This document shows positions 1 to 12,400 of a stretch of 64,000 nucleotides of DNA, piece by piece. The notes beneath the pieces were generated by a model. The model saw only the letters and a list, made by a program, of their open reading frames with translations. It did no database searches and was not told the origin of the DNA. The stretch's first letter is position 1. Each line of letters starts with the position of its first letter. The DNA is from Hydrolagus affinis (Eukaryota): positions 1-64,000 of the forward strand of contig JAAILG010000686.1 of the NCBI GenBank assembly GCA_012026655.1, in the 5' to 3' direction. The position numbers were made by a program, and so were the translations under genes.

Positions 1-255
1 GTTAAGCTTTGAATAAAACGCCTTTGAAGCCGAGAAAAAGAAAAATTGAGCTGCTAGTTTGATTCTAAAGATTTTGACATTTGTTTGCATGTTGAAAAGT
101 GGACGTGCTTGGAGCTCTGGACTGTGCCTTGAACCTTACGCAAGATTATATTGGGATAATGATAACCAGTACTATTATGAGTACTTTAAAAAGTTCAGCT
201 ATATCTCTCTTTTTATGATGGCTAATATCAGTGATGAAAGGTCAACCAGGTTGTC

Positions 256-402
256 ATGACAGCTCCCACCTTCTGTTTTGAGGGGAAGCACTCGGCTCCT
301 AAATTTTTTGTTGGCTGTGAGGAGGATGAAACTGATGATCTGGAATCAAACATGAAGGCAGAACACCTTGACCTTTACGACGAAGGGAATGATTCTGATT
401 CG
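256..402 (+). CDS. PPIP5K1: PPIP5K1 coding exon 1 (MTAPTF...NDSDS)
   Basis: ATG at 256; FFVG plus acidic stretch as in PPIP5K N-termini; donor CG|gtaagg, phase 0. Confidence 0.85.
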
Positions 403-3400
403 GTAAGGCAACTTTTTATTGTTCCTGCTGAACTTTTATTCCCCCAGCCGCTAAGAGAAAATTGCTGATCTCTTAAACCACTGCTTGTTTAGAAAACTGG
501 TCGCCATGCCTTTAAGTGTAATCATGGATCCAGTGTGAGGAAATATTTCTTTTTGGTATAGAGCAATGTTTATTTCTCGCATGATTAATAACGTATCTAC
601 TGGAATCTTTCTGCCTTTTATACTAGTCTTCCATTTTTATTTCAGATTTCCAACATCAATTTTCTCTTTACTTGCTTACCTTTCTTTCCCCCACTCCCAC
701 AGGTTCCTTTCCTTGAAAATCCTTTGAGTAAAATGTTTTTATTGAATGTAAAACAAGATTAAGGGGGGAAAAACAGAATCTTGTATATTTTACAGTTGGT
801 CACCTGGAATTTCTCTCTTTATTATCCAGCAGTTTTTCTGAACCACACTAGGAAATAGATTTGGTTAATAATTTCAGACTTGTCTTTATGCATACGATAT
901 AAAGACGAGCTGAATCTGACAATTGTCCAAATATTTACTAATAAGCACTTGCCTGACATCTCACTAACTCACACTTGAGTTAGATCTTTACCATTCTTAT
1001 CAGTGGCAATCTGCAAGTGTAGTTTTATTAAATTAATACTTGAAGTGCATTTCCTTGTCAGAATCTCAGATGCTTATCTCTATTGTAAAGGAACTCGAAG
1101 ATTAAATTAGCACACTTTCCATTCCACCTCTCTCTTCCCCCAAGCGCCCCACAAGTTTTCTTAATTTTTTTAAAATAGTTGAAAGCGAACAAGCTCATCT
1201 ACAGATTTCCAGCTCAGCCTACAAAATGCAATCACTACACTTTACACTACTCGTGAAGTGCTTTGACTTATCTTGACAACATAAGGCACAATATCAAATG
1301 CAAGGGTTATCATCTATAGGTGAAAAATGGTGGATTTGAATTCCAAACACAAGCTTTGGCCTTTTATACTGTTGGTCCTATTAATTTGTGGCTGAAATAT
1401 TACACCTTATAATTATTAGTCACTTAGTATGTTTGCAGAAGGTTCCAAAAGGTAATTTGATGTTGTGTCCAATATTTCTCCATGAAACCTCTTGCCTACC
1501 TTTCCCTTCCCCTTGTTCTGAATGAATATAACCCTATAAGGCTTCCCAAAACGTTGCCACGTTAAATGAAATCAAATAGTTTAAAGAGTGAGCTATACTT
1601 TAATTCCCGTGGAGTGCAGGAGTCTGTTGATTTTATAAATAAGTTATTGCAGGTATTTTTAGACTCTTGTCAGGTTTAAAAATAATTGGAAGTCATGCAG
1701 CAGCTGTGAGGAACGCAGCAGATCATTTTTTTTTAATGATATCTCTCTATAGGTGATATAATGATTTGCAACTCAGCACAGTTACTGAATCTGCTTGAAA
1801 ACAGTGCAATAAAATGGGTGGTTGAGGCATACTCTAGGATAAGGGCTTGTTAAGGCCTATTACGATGTTATTCTTCAATATTTGTATGAAATGAACAGAC
1901 CTGAAATTATTATTTAAAATGCTTGTTTTGCTTCATCAGTGTAAGGAGTAGAATCCCCATCAGAAGGCATGCTTTATCTAGAGCAGTTGTATGACAAGGG
2001 TTTGATATAGTAATAGTTTTAGTAATAGAAATGAACATGTTCGAGGCTTGATGTGCACAGTTCTTCAAAGTGTGGATACTATACCAAACTACATTTGTAT
2101 AGCGCCTTTCACATTGGGAAGACGTCCCCAGTGCAATGGGATCCCATTCAGGGATTTGGCCCCGATCGAGGAGGCTGGAGTTTAGGGAGGGAAGGGGGGT
2201 GGTCGATGAGTAGGGATTGAGACACGCCTTGAAGGAAGCAAGCGAGGGAGCAAGGTGAAGGGAATGTGGGATCGAATACCAAAGTATGGGTACAGGAAGG
2301 CTGAAGGCCCGACTGCTGATGGTGGGACAGGCCGGGTGAGGGACGTGGAGCAGGCCACAGTCTGCTGAGGGGAAGGAGTGGACAGGTTGTTATGGGCTCA
2401 GCAGGTCACAGAGGTAGGAAAGAGCAGAGCTGTTGAATCAATCAATGAAGGGGTTTGCCTATTACTTTACCCATAGATCTCCAGCAAGTCTTGGGGAAAA
2501 ATCAATCACCCTAGGATGTTTGGTTTAGGATGACAGCTCACTGTGCTAAATTACTCATACAATAGTTACAAACTTATTCAAATATCAAGTTTTGTTAGTG
2601 TAACATGAATCTTATTCCAGAAAAATGCATTCAATTTTGATTAAAATAAAAATAATGAACTCTTTTGCTTGCATGTCTTCTAGTTTTAGCTGTTTGAATA
2701 CCATATAATCAAATAAATTGATCCTGTATGATAAACAAATAGAAGGATTGACAGATTGTCATGCTAACCATAGTATAACTGCAAGTATAACTGCAAGCTG
2801 ATGTTAAGCAGACATTTTGTTCAAAAGCTATAAATAACGTTGTTGTGGTGAAAACTTTGACTGACGTATGTGGAGCATTTTGTTCCAAAGCAGAAGTCAG
2901 ACATCAGGGCATCACTGTATTGTATTCTGGTAATATATTCAACAGCTGTGATCATTCCTTTGCACTCGCTTATTGAGTAAATAATAATAATAATCCTTGC
3001 ATTTGACATTTGCGCTTTTCATGTCTTCTAGACGTCTCAAAGCGCTTTACAGAATATACTTAATTGACTGTATATTTGTGGACGAAACGCGGCAGCCAAT
3101 TGCTTACAGCAGTGTCCCACAAACAGCCGAGGATTGAAATTACAAATTTATTATAGTTTTTTTTGAGGGATTATTATTAGGCGTCGATTCCATCCTTTGC
3201 CTGATTGCCAAGTGAATGAGTGCCTGATTGCCAAGTGAAAAGGTGATGAAATAAAAGCATATGGCTATCTGTGCACCTTGCTGATAGTTCACTGCTATCC
3301 TTCATAATCTGGTAGTGAATAGGAACGTTGATCCTCAGAGCTGTGTCTGGGTTTGTGTTGGAGATGCTATCACATAGCCCCATCATGTGGTGGGAACATT

Positions 3401-6400
3401 TATTTTACTTGCAGAGCTTGAAGCATCAGAATAATATGCTGGCAAAATGTGAGGTGGTCAGGTTTGGCAGGAACAACACATTGTTTGGTATCATGGTACA
3501 AATAATTAGACAAGTATTTTCATTTAATAAATTTAATAAAAACACAAGAGCTTGTGATTGTGTCCTTTTTCCCCCTCCCCCATCTCCATCCAGCCTCCAG
3601 AGCGACAGATCCTGGTTGGGATTTGTGCAATGGCGAAGAAATCAAAATCCAAGCCAATGACCCAGATTCTGGAGCGTTTGTGTAAATTTGAGTACATCAC
3701 AGTGGTTATATTTAATGAAGACGTTATTCTGAATGAAACCGTGGAGAATTGGCCAGTGTGCGACTGTCTTATTTCCTTCCATTCCAAAGGTGAGAGCGGT
3801 AATAGAAGATGATAAAGTCCTACTAACAAAAAAATGGTGTCAACTTCATTGGAGCAAACCTGATTCTAACATTTCAAAGCATTAAAATAAATTATTGTAC
3901 TCTTGCTAGCAATAGCCCAATGTTTTGAATAATAGAAGTAGAACTTGGGGCTTAGTTGCCGGATGGAATGTAATTTTGTTGTTGTTGTTGTTGTTGGAAG
4001 AGCTGGACAGAGAAATAATCTGGGGAAAGGGCATTTTTTTTTGTGGGCGGGCTTCTAAATAAAGGAATTCAGTAGATTTTGAACTACTCTCATCTTAATC
4101 TTTGCCTCCCCTGTCCCCTTCCACCAGGGTTTCCTCTAGATAAGGCAGTGGCTTATGCCAAACTCAGGAATCCAGTTCTCATTAACGACTTGAACATGCA
4201 GTATTACATTCAGGACAGGTAAGTAACAAATTTTCAATTTTTGTTGCAAAGTTTGCAGATTTCAAAGGCCTGGGTCCTAATATCTGACTCAGTGAAGTCT
4301 TCCTGTAGATAAAGTGGAGTTTACCTTCACGTCTCAGCAACTGGACTCTGGAACGAAGCACATTTTAAAGTTGTGTTTGGTCATAATTCTGACTGAGATG
4401 TCTGTAACATTATAATAATAAGTGTTGAATAATTATCATTGCATTTGATATAACGCCTTATCATGTCTTTGAGACGTCTCTTTGAGATGTAAAGTGAATT
4501 GACTGTATTTTGTGGGTGGTATACTGCTGGAACGCAGTGCTAATACTTCAGTGACTCACAATTGAGATGTCTACACTTATTTCCCTTAAAGACTGACTTA
4601 GTGGGTGTATTTTTTGTTTGTTACAGAAGGGAAGTTTACCGCATTTTGCAGGAAGAAGGGATTGACCTTCCTCGCTATGCAGTGTTGAATCGTGATCCTG
4701 ACAAGCCTGATGGTTAGCAGTATTCTTACCTGGACCGTTGCTCTATGTGTTACCTTCTGTATTTTTGTGGTCTCCGCATTAAAGTGAAACTATCTTAAAG
4801 ATATTAAAGCTAGAAAGCGTTGTGAATGCATGATATGAAAGTTGCCATTTATTGTGGTTCTGAAGCTTGTGAACCAATCTTGTTTGCCGGCATTGTCTAT
4901 GGTTGCAGAATGCAGTCTGGTGGAGGGAGATGATCACGTGGAGGTAAATGGGGAAGTCTTCCAAAAACCCTTTGTGGAGAAACCTGTGAGTGCAGAAGAC
5001 CATAATGTGTACATTTACTACCCAACGTCAGCAGGAGGAGGGAGCCAGAGGCTTTTCCGTAAGGTATGGATCTCCTCAGAATGGTTGTAGTGAATCCTAA
5101 CTGAGAAGTGAGTTTGGAACAATACTTTGCACTTATTTTAGCATTATGTACTTTTTCCTATATCCTATTATATTGCCCAGAGTGGCAATCGTGCCAGTGT
5201 GGAGGAATATCACAAAATCACATTTGTAGTTTTCCCGAATCACTCTTGCTTGTGAGTTTTTTTTTGAATGCTTTATAAAATTATGGAAACTGCAACACAG
5301 CTCCTTCACTGGTGTTACCAATTGTAGTTCCCTTCTCTGTAACTTGCTCCATCATATGTTTATCCAATTTCCTTTTTGAATGTTAATCTTGGCTTCAATT
5401 GTCACTTATGGCTAAGCAATATATATCTTAATAACTTTTAATGTCACTTTGTAAGAAAAAAATCCTCAGTTCATTTGACCTTGTTACTGGTTCACCAACT
5501 AAAAATCTTTCACTATATGTTTTCTTAAAGCCTTTCAGAGTATCGATGGCCTCTGTTAGATCTCTTCCAAACCCCTTTCTGTGCGAGTGAAAATAGCTCT
5601 GTTTTTTTTAGGCTATCCGTATAACTAGAACCTCTCATTCCATGGTATCTATCATCTGTGTGTATGTATTTCACAGATCGGGAGTCGGAGCAGTGTGTAC
5701 TCGCCTGAAAGCACTGTGCGCAAGACTGGATCCTACATCTATGAAGAATTCATGCCGACAGATGGAACTGATGTAAAGGTATTGCTCACAACTTTTCATT
5801 TGCCTCCTGTTCAGTTTCTCTTAAGTTACTCAATTCCCCATTTCGAACACATTAACAACAACAACAACAACAACTTTGATTTATATAGCGCCCTCCATGC
5901 CGGACGGCGTCTCAGAACGCTTCACAGTAGCAGATCCTGGGACCGAGCCAGGGGCAGGGGTAGAAAAGTGACCAAAGGCGCGGTCAAAGAGAAAAGTCTT
6001 TAGCTGTGACTTGAAACTGGGAAGAGAGGGGCCGAGGCGAAGGGAGTGAGGAAGGGAGTTCCAGAGCCTCGTGGTGTAGTGGCTGAAGGCACGGCCGCCA
6101 AGGGTGAAGCGGAGGATTTGGTGGACATGGAGGAGGCCAGACCCGGTGAGCGAAGGCAGTGGGTGCTGGTTTGGGGAGAGATCAGAGAGGTAGGGGGGTA
6201 CAGAGTGGAGGGACTTGAAAACAAGGGTGAGGATCTTGAAGTCGATCCTCTCAGGAACCGGGAGTCAGTGAAGTCTGGCAATCGGGGAGTGAAGCTTGTT
6301 GTGAGTGAGTATGTGGGTGGCATATTAATCGAAGTGTTTGGGAAAGGTTCTTGTAAAATTGTGTTTTTAAAAAATGTTTTTTGAGGCACTTTGAATATGA

Positions 6401-9400
6401 GTCATTTTAAGGGTTCTCGCACACAATATAGGCTACAATATACATTTTACATTAAATTCAATTTGAGATCCCTCTAATGTGAAAGGTGCCAAATCAAATG
6501 CAAGTATTATTATTATTATTCCTGCAGCATTTGTGCAAAAAGTCCTGGGTGGAGGGGGTGGGAGGGAATAGGACCTTTTTGCCTTGATGTATGCAGGTCA
6601 GATAGTCTATAGATCTAGACATGTCATACCAAGCAGCTCACATTTATAGTTTTTTTTTTAAACACTGTTTAGGTCTATACTGTTGGACCTGATTATGCCC
6701 ATGCCGAAGCACGCAAATCCCCAGCTCTAGATGGAAAAGTAGAGCGAGACAGTGAAGGGAAAGAGATCCGATATCCTGTGATGTTGACTGCCATGGAAAA
6801 GCTTGTTGCCAGGAAAGTCTGTGTTGCTTTTAAGGTTCGTTCCTTGTAATAAGTTAAATTTTAAAGCAATTAGAACGTTATCCCGATGTGAAAGGAGCTC
6901 TATAAATATCATTTTGTTGTTGTCCTTAAAAGCAGTTAACAATATTTTAAAAATTCTGCTACAATGCTAGAAGTATTGAATAACGCAGGGCTATACCGGC
7001 ACTTGGAGTCAGAGGGTTCAAGCCCCATGTTGAGATTCTGAACGCAGTCTAGGCTGACATTCCAGTGCAATGTTGTGCTGCATTTGTTGGAGGTGCCATT
7101 GTTCGAATGAGACATTAAACGAAGTCCTGTCTGCATTCAGACGAACTCTAAAGCTCCGATGACACTCTTTGAAAAAGAAAGGGAGTTTTTCCTAATGTCC
7201 TGACCAACCCATAGATAAATTTGTGGATCATTGCTTTATGCAAAGTGGTCATTGTGTTTCCCTCCAAAAAATGTAGTTACCACACTGTACAGTGAATCCT
7301 GTGACTCGCTATGAAACTTCTTGATGACGTGATAAAAGAAATGGAATATATGGTTTGTTATTCCTTACGTTGTGCTATTTTCAATTTTTATTTGCAGCAA
7401 ACTGTTTGTGGTTTTGATCTACTGCGTGCAAATGGGCACTCCTATGTGTGTGATGTCAATGGATTTAGCTTTGTGAAAAACTCCATGAAATACTATGATG
7501 ACTGTGCAAAAATACTGGGGTAAGAATCTTGTGAAAATGTTTCCAGCAGCTTCACTGTATCAAGCTTTTTGTTGCAAATTGCAACTTTGTTGAACAGATA
7601 AAATGGATGAATGCTTGCTTGGGAGAGACTGACTTGCAAGTGGCATGTGTATGTGTGTGTTTGTACTTGTGGTGCGTGCAAAGCTGTTAATTGAGAGAAT
7701 TGGGTCAGTGTTGAATAGTGGGGAATGAATAATAATCTAGATTTTTAGCTTGATTCATTGTATTGAGTCCATGCAGGATTGTTGAGTGCCTGGTGGAGTA
7801 TGTTTCATGTGGTGAGTGGGTGGAGTGGACCTGATGGCCTGAATGACCTTGATGTATTCTTTGTTTCCATTGGTTATGAATGCATATCTGAACACTAAGT
7901 TATGAGAGTCATTGTAAGTGAAACAATATCCATCGCTCATCGGTTATGATAATATTCTATGTTTTGGAATGATATTCCCAATAGAGTTTGTCACATTATC
8001 GATTTTTTTTTTTAACTGTACTGTTAGTGGTAAGGATGTATTTACAATTACCTGTTTGCAAAGGAAAGGAACAAAATTGACTGTGTCTTTTGTGGCAGCA
8101 ACATAATTATGCGGGAACTGGCTCCTCAGTTACAAATACCCTGGTCTATACCTCCAGAAGCTGAAGATATTCCCATTGTTCCAACTACATCGGGTACCAT
8201 GTAAGTACAACATACCCCCAACAAGTTGGTTTGTGAAAATTAATATCTTGCTTTCATTGATGATTCTCTGAATGAAATGAAACCCTTTGTGTTGTTGCAG
8301 GATGGAGCTGCGCTGTGTGATCGCGGTCATTCGACATGGGGACCGAACTCCAAAGCAGAAGATGAAGATGGAAGTCAGGCATCCAAAGTTAGTGAAGATG
8401 CATTGCTGACACCGGGGGTTGGGAGGAGATTTCTTTGGAGCTGCCACTGTATTCTTTATTTGCATTTGTTAAAGGCTATTTCGCTTAACTCTACAGAAGC
8501 AGATCAAGCATTTCATGTCTTCATATTTAACGTTATTGCTTTCTCAAACTTGATTATTTTCCTTCTAATCGCGTCTTGTTTCTTTGTGCGCACATGTGTG
8601 TCTCTCTCTCCTCCCCTTCCCTGTTGCTGTGTGACTGCTGTGTGACAGCGACACATGCTGCAGTGCTCTGCACGCTCATGTGTGCACCTTTAATAACCAT
8701 CAATAAGCTAGTGTCTATTTGTTAGTTTATGTAGTGGAAAGTTTACATTTTTAATGACTTTGTCTTCTGGATCTAGGTTCTTTGACTTGTTTGAGAAATA
8801 CGAAGGATATAAGTCTGGAAAATTGAAACTGAAGAAACCAAAACAACTTCAGGTAAAAACTGGTTCCTGTAGCAGAATTGGGAAATGCCAAAGATCCGAT
8901 GATGATAATAATAATCCTTGCATTTGATATATCACCTTATCACATCTCCGAGTTGTCTCTAAACGCTTCTCAGAATATACTGTAATGAGCCTTTGCCTGT
9001 AGAATTGCCCAAGTGGTTTGGAATTCCAAAAGACTCTGGAGGTCTCTACCTTAATTCTACTGAAACCTCGTGTATCTTAAATTGCTTTCACAGATTTTGG
9101 GGACATCACATTCTCTGTGGGTTGTTTGGGATGGTGGGTTTGCTCAAAGAATGATGAACCTGCTTATAAGGTATTATTCGCCAATAAGTGATAGTGTTTG
9201 CTTTAATACGTAGGGACATTGTGCAGAACAAAACTACTGTATTGAATGCTGACAGGCAAAAACAGGCTTATTCTTCTAAGAATAAGGGTACTTATTAAAA
9301 TACTGTTGCCTTCAGGTTACAGAACGAGGTTGAGTGTATGATGACGCTCAGTACCAAAATGTTTCACCAGAGGCTGATCAGTCTATTTCTGGTGTTTGAA

Positions 9401-12400
9401 GTCTGACTAGTTCTTTATTGCAGGAAGTGCTGGACATTACACGGGATCTTCTGGGTGAACTGGGGCAGCATAATGACTGTGAAATAGAGGAAAAGAAATC
9501 AAAGCTGGAGCAGCTAAAGACTGTCCTTGAAATGTAGGTTTATCAATGGAGAAATCATTGCAGTTTGTGTGATGCGAACTAAATTTTTACATTTTAACGT
9601 AACAGCTCTATGTGCCTGTTTGCATTATATTTTGATGTTTGCAATCAAGGCTGTGACTACGATTTCATTAAGATCCTTTCTGAAATCCTTACACAGTAAT
9701 TCTACCACCTTTTCTGTTAGTTTGTTCCAACTGCCCACTCTACTATCCTTTGTACTTTAAAAAGAAAATGTCTGCGTTCTTCCTTTTATCCCTATTTTGA
9801 ATCTACAATTCTTCTGAACTGTGCAATCAAGTAGAGTAATGGTGGTGCCGATCATGGCATGTGTGTACAGTATTAGCCTGTTATAAACTTGATTCACTTC
9901 CCCTCTCTTCTCAGATTGGGTCAAGATCCACCATTGTTGAATGTTCCAAGCACTTCACTTGCAAGTTGTTGCTGTTGTTGAATATTGCTCAAAGAAATAT
10001 TCGCCAGATATACTCTATACTCATTAATAGTTTGGTGGATGCATAGTATTTTGACATGAAACCTACTTTATTAATTTTATGCCTCTTGTTTACTTGACAC
10101 AATTATCAATACTCAGAATTCGAACCGCAGTAGCGCAAGGCTAGCCCTCCGTTTGTTTTCTCTCTAGTTGTTTGTGTCTATTTTACTATTTCTCTCAGAT
10201 TCCTTCACCCCCCCTCTCTCCTCTTCGTCTCTTCCTCGTCCTCTCTCTTCCCCTTCCTACCCACCATTTTCCTCTTTCTGGGTTTTATGTCGATGTATTA
10301 TTGGGTTATATGTATTAGCAGGAGTTACAGGTGACAAAGTCTTACATTCGATACATTTGATACAGGTATGGCCACTTTTCGGGAATAAACAGAAAAGTAC
10401 AGATGACCTATTTGCCTCATGGACAACCCAAAACGTCCAGTGAAGAGGAAGGTAAGATAATTATAGTGCTATTTTATCTAAGTGTACTAACCAACAATCA
10501 CCCAGATGAAAAAAATCAGTTCATGTTAAAAAAAAATTAAAAAAATTTTTAAAATGTAATTTACCAGAGTGGAATCAGGAATCAAGCTGGGTGACTGACG
10601 CGATTATTTTATTTTTCAGACTCCAGGAGAGAGGACCCATCACTCCTTTTGGTGTTGAAGTGGGGAGGCGAGCTGACTCCAGCAGGGAGAGTGCAAGCAG
10701 AGGAGTTGGGCCGTGCATTCAGATGCATGTACCCGGGTGGTCAAGGTACAGTACTTGATAAGAGGTCCAGTTTCAGTGGCACAAAGTACAGGACAATGGG
10801 ATAAAATGAGAAAATAATTAGACCCAATTTTTTTAAATAAAAGAAAGTTACATATCACATATGCATATCACACAACTTGGCATTTAGCCTGAATCTGCAA
10901 CACCACTAGGTGGACTCTTTGATTGTCATTTAATTTCTGTTGACCTGGCAAGCTCTGTCACCCATGGGGGGTGAAATTCCGTTTGCTAGCGTCAAGACTT
11001 GACGAGGCGCCTTTATAAAAAGCAAGACGGATGGCAGTGTAGAATATCCTGAATCCGATTCACTTGAGCTGTGATTCTAAACTTGTGTATTAACACAGCG
11101 AGAGCTCTGCGTTTGTATCTGATTACCAACTCTGTTCAAATTCACGGGGCTAAATTTATATCGTGCCAAAAATTTAAAGTTTAGCAGTTCGGAAAATATC
11201 AGGTACTGAACAAAGTAAATTGTACCTTTATTTCTTTTTCCAAATGATTTAACATTCGTTGACATTTACCTTTTTTAACCATTAAAGGGGTGATGGCACT
11301 GCTAAGTACTAGTACTTTTAGTGCACTTGAGTATTAAGGATGTGGTCTGTGTCGGGGAAGTGTGTTAACCTTACTGCGACAGAGCTTTGGGACGTCTTCC
11401 GGACGTGAAAGGCGCTCTATAAATATAATTTTGTTGTTGTTGTTGCTGCTAAGATGGGCATCACCACATAGCTTACAATTAGCCTTTCTTTTTTGATAAA
11501 TGAATTTTAGTTGAACCTGGTCAACCTGTTAGCAATCACCCTGGGTGACACACAAACAAACTTTGGAGACATGTTTGACTAGTTTGAAATGTTTCTTCTA
11601 GATCCATGTCAACATTTCTCAGAGGGGCAGCTGCACAAGTCAGTGTTTTAAGCATATTTTGACTGAGTGCCAACTGACGTGCTTTGAATAATTGATCAAG
11701 CTTAAATTTTTTTTCAAAACAGTGATTTCAAGACACATTTTTAAAAGCATTGAATAATCTTTTAAGTTGTTCCAAACACAACTTGGTGAGATTTTCAAAT
11801 TATACCTGCACTAGACTAAAAGTAGGAGAAATGTAGTGTTTGCTCTGTGTCTAAATAAGTGGATGGCAGTTCTGATCTTGTAGTGCTAATTGAGATCACA
11901 ATTGACAAGCTGAAAATGTGAATGTTGTACATCTGTCATTTTAAAGTTGTAGCAAGATTTTAATGTTTCAAATACAAATCGATTTGAACTTTGTTTATGC
12001 TGCTACTATTTTAGCGTGAGTGAATTCATATTTTACAAAACATTTGGGGACAGAATCCATTCCTTTGAATGTTTTCTTTTTGCTAATTATTTCCATTGCA
12101 AAATAATAAAATGCTACTTCAGGTGAGACTGTCCATTCCTCAAGTTGCCGACACATGCTGGAATAAAAGGATCAATGTTTTAAATCTATTTTAATGCAAG
12201 TTCTATGCATTTTTATTTTCATATCTGTCTCTATACTGAAATAACGCTGTGTAATGTACAGAATCAAGTTTCCTAATTTATTCTGGTAACCAATATCTCA
12301 CTGTAACTCTTAACAGATACAACCATAGAGTATAACAAAACCATAATCATGTTTGCGTTTGATATATATTGTCGAGACATCTCAAAGCACTTCAAGATGT

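Noticed and set aside
215-259. u[17 protein letters not shown] whose TGA overlaps the main ATG (ATGA)
   Set aside because: The 5' boundary of this exon is unknown; a pyrimidine tract and several AGs at 231-249 suggest the upstream ATGs may be intronic.
3198-3239. 23-bp tandem duplication TGCCTGATTGCCAAGTGAA
   Set aside because: Ordinary slippage duplication with no further structure.
6000-6389. Overlapping 112-129 aa ORFs on both strands
   Set aside because: They lie in a purine-skewed L2-like LINE remnant.
10105-10170. CpG-rich short segment as a possible microexon in intron 12
   Set aside because: No convincing GT donor in the required phase.
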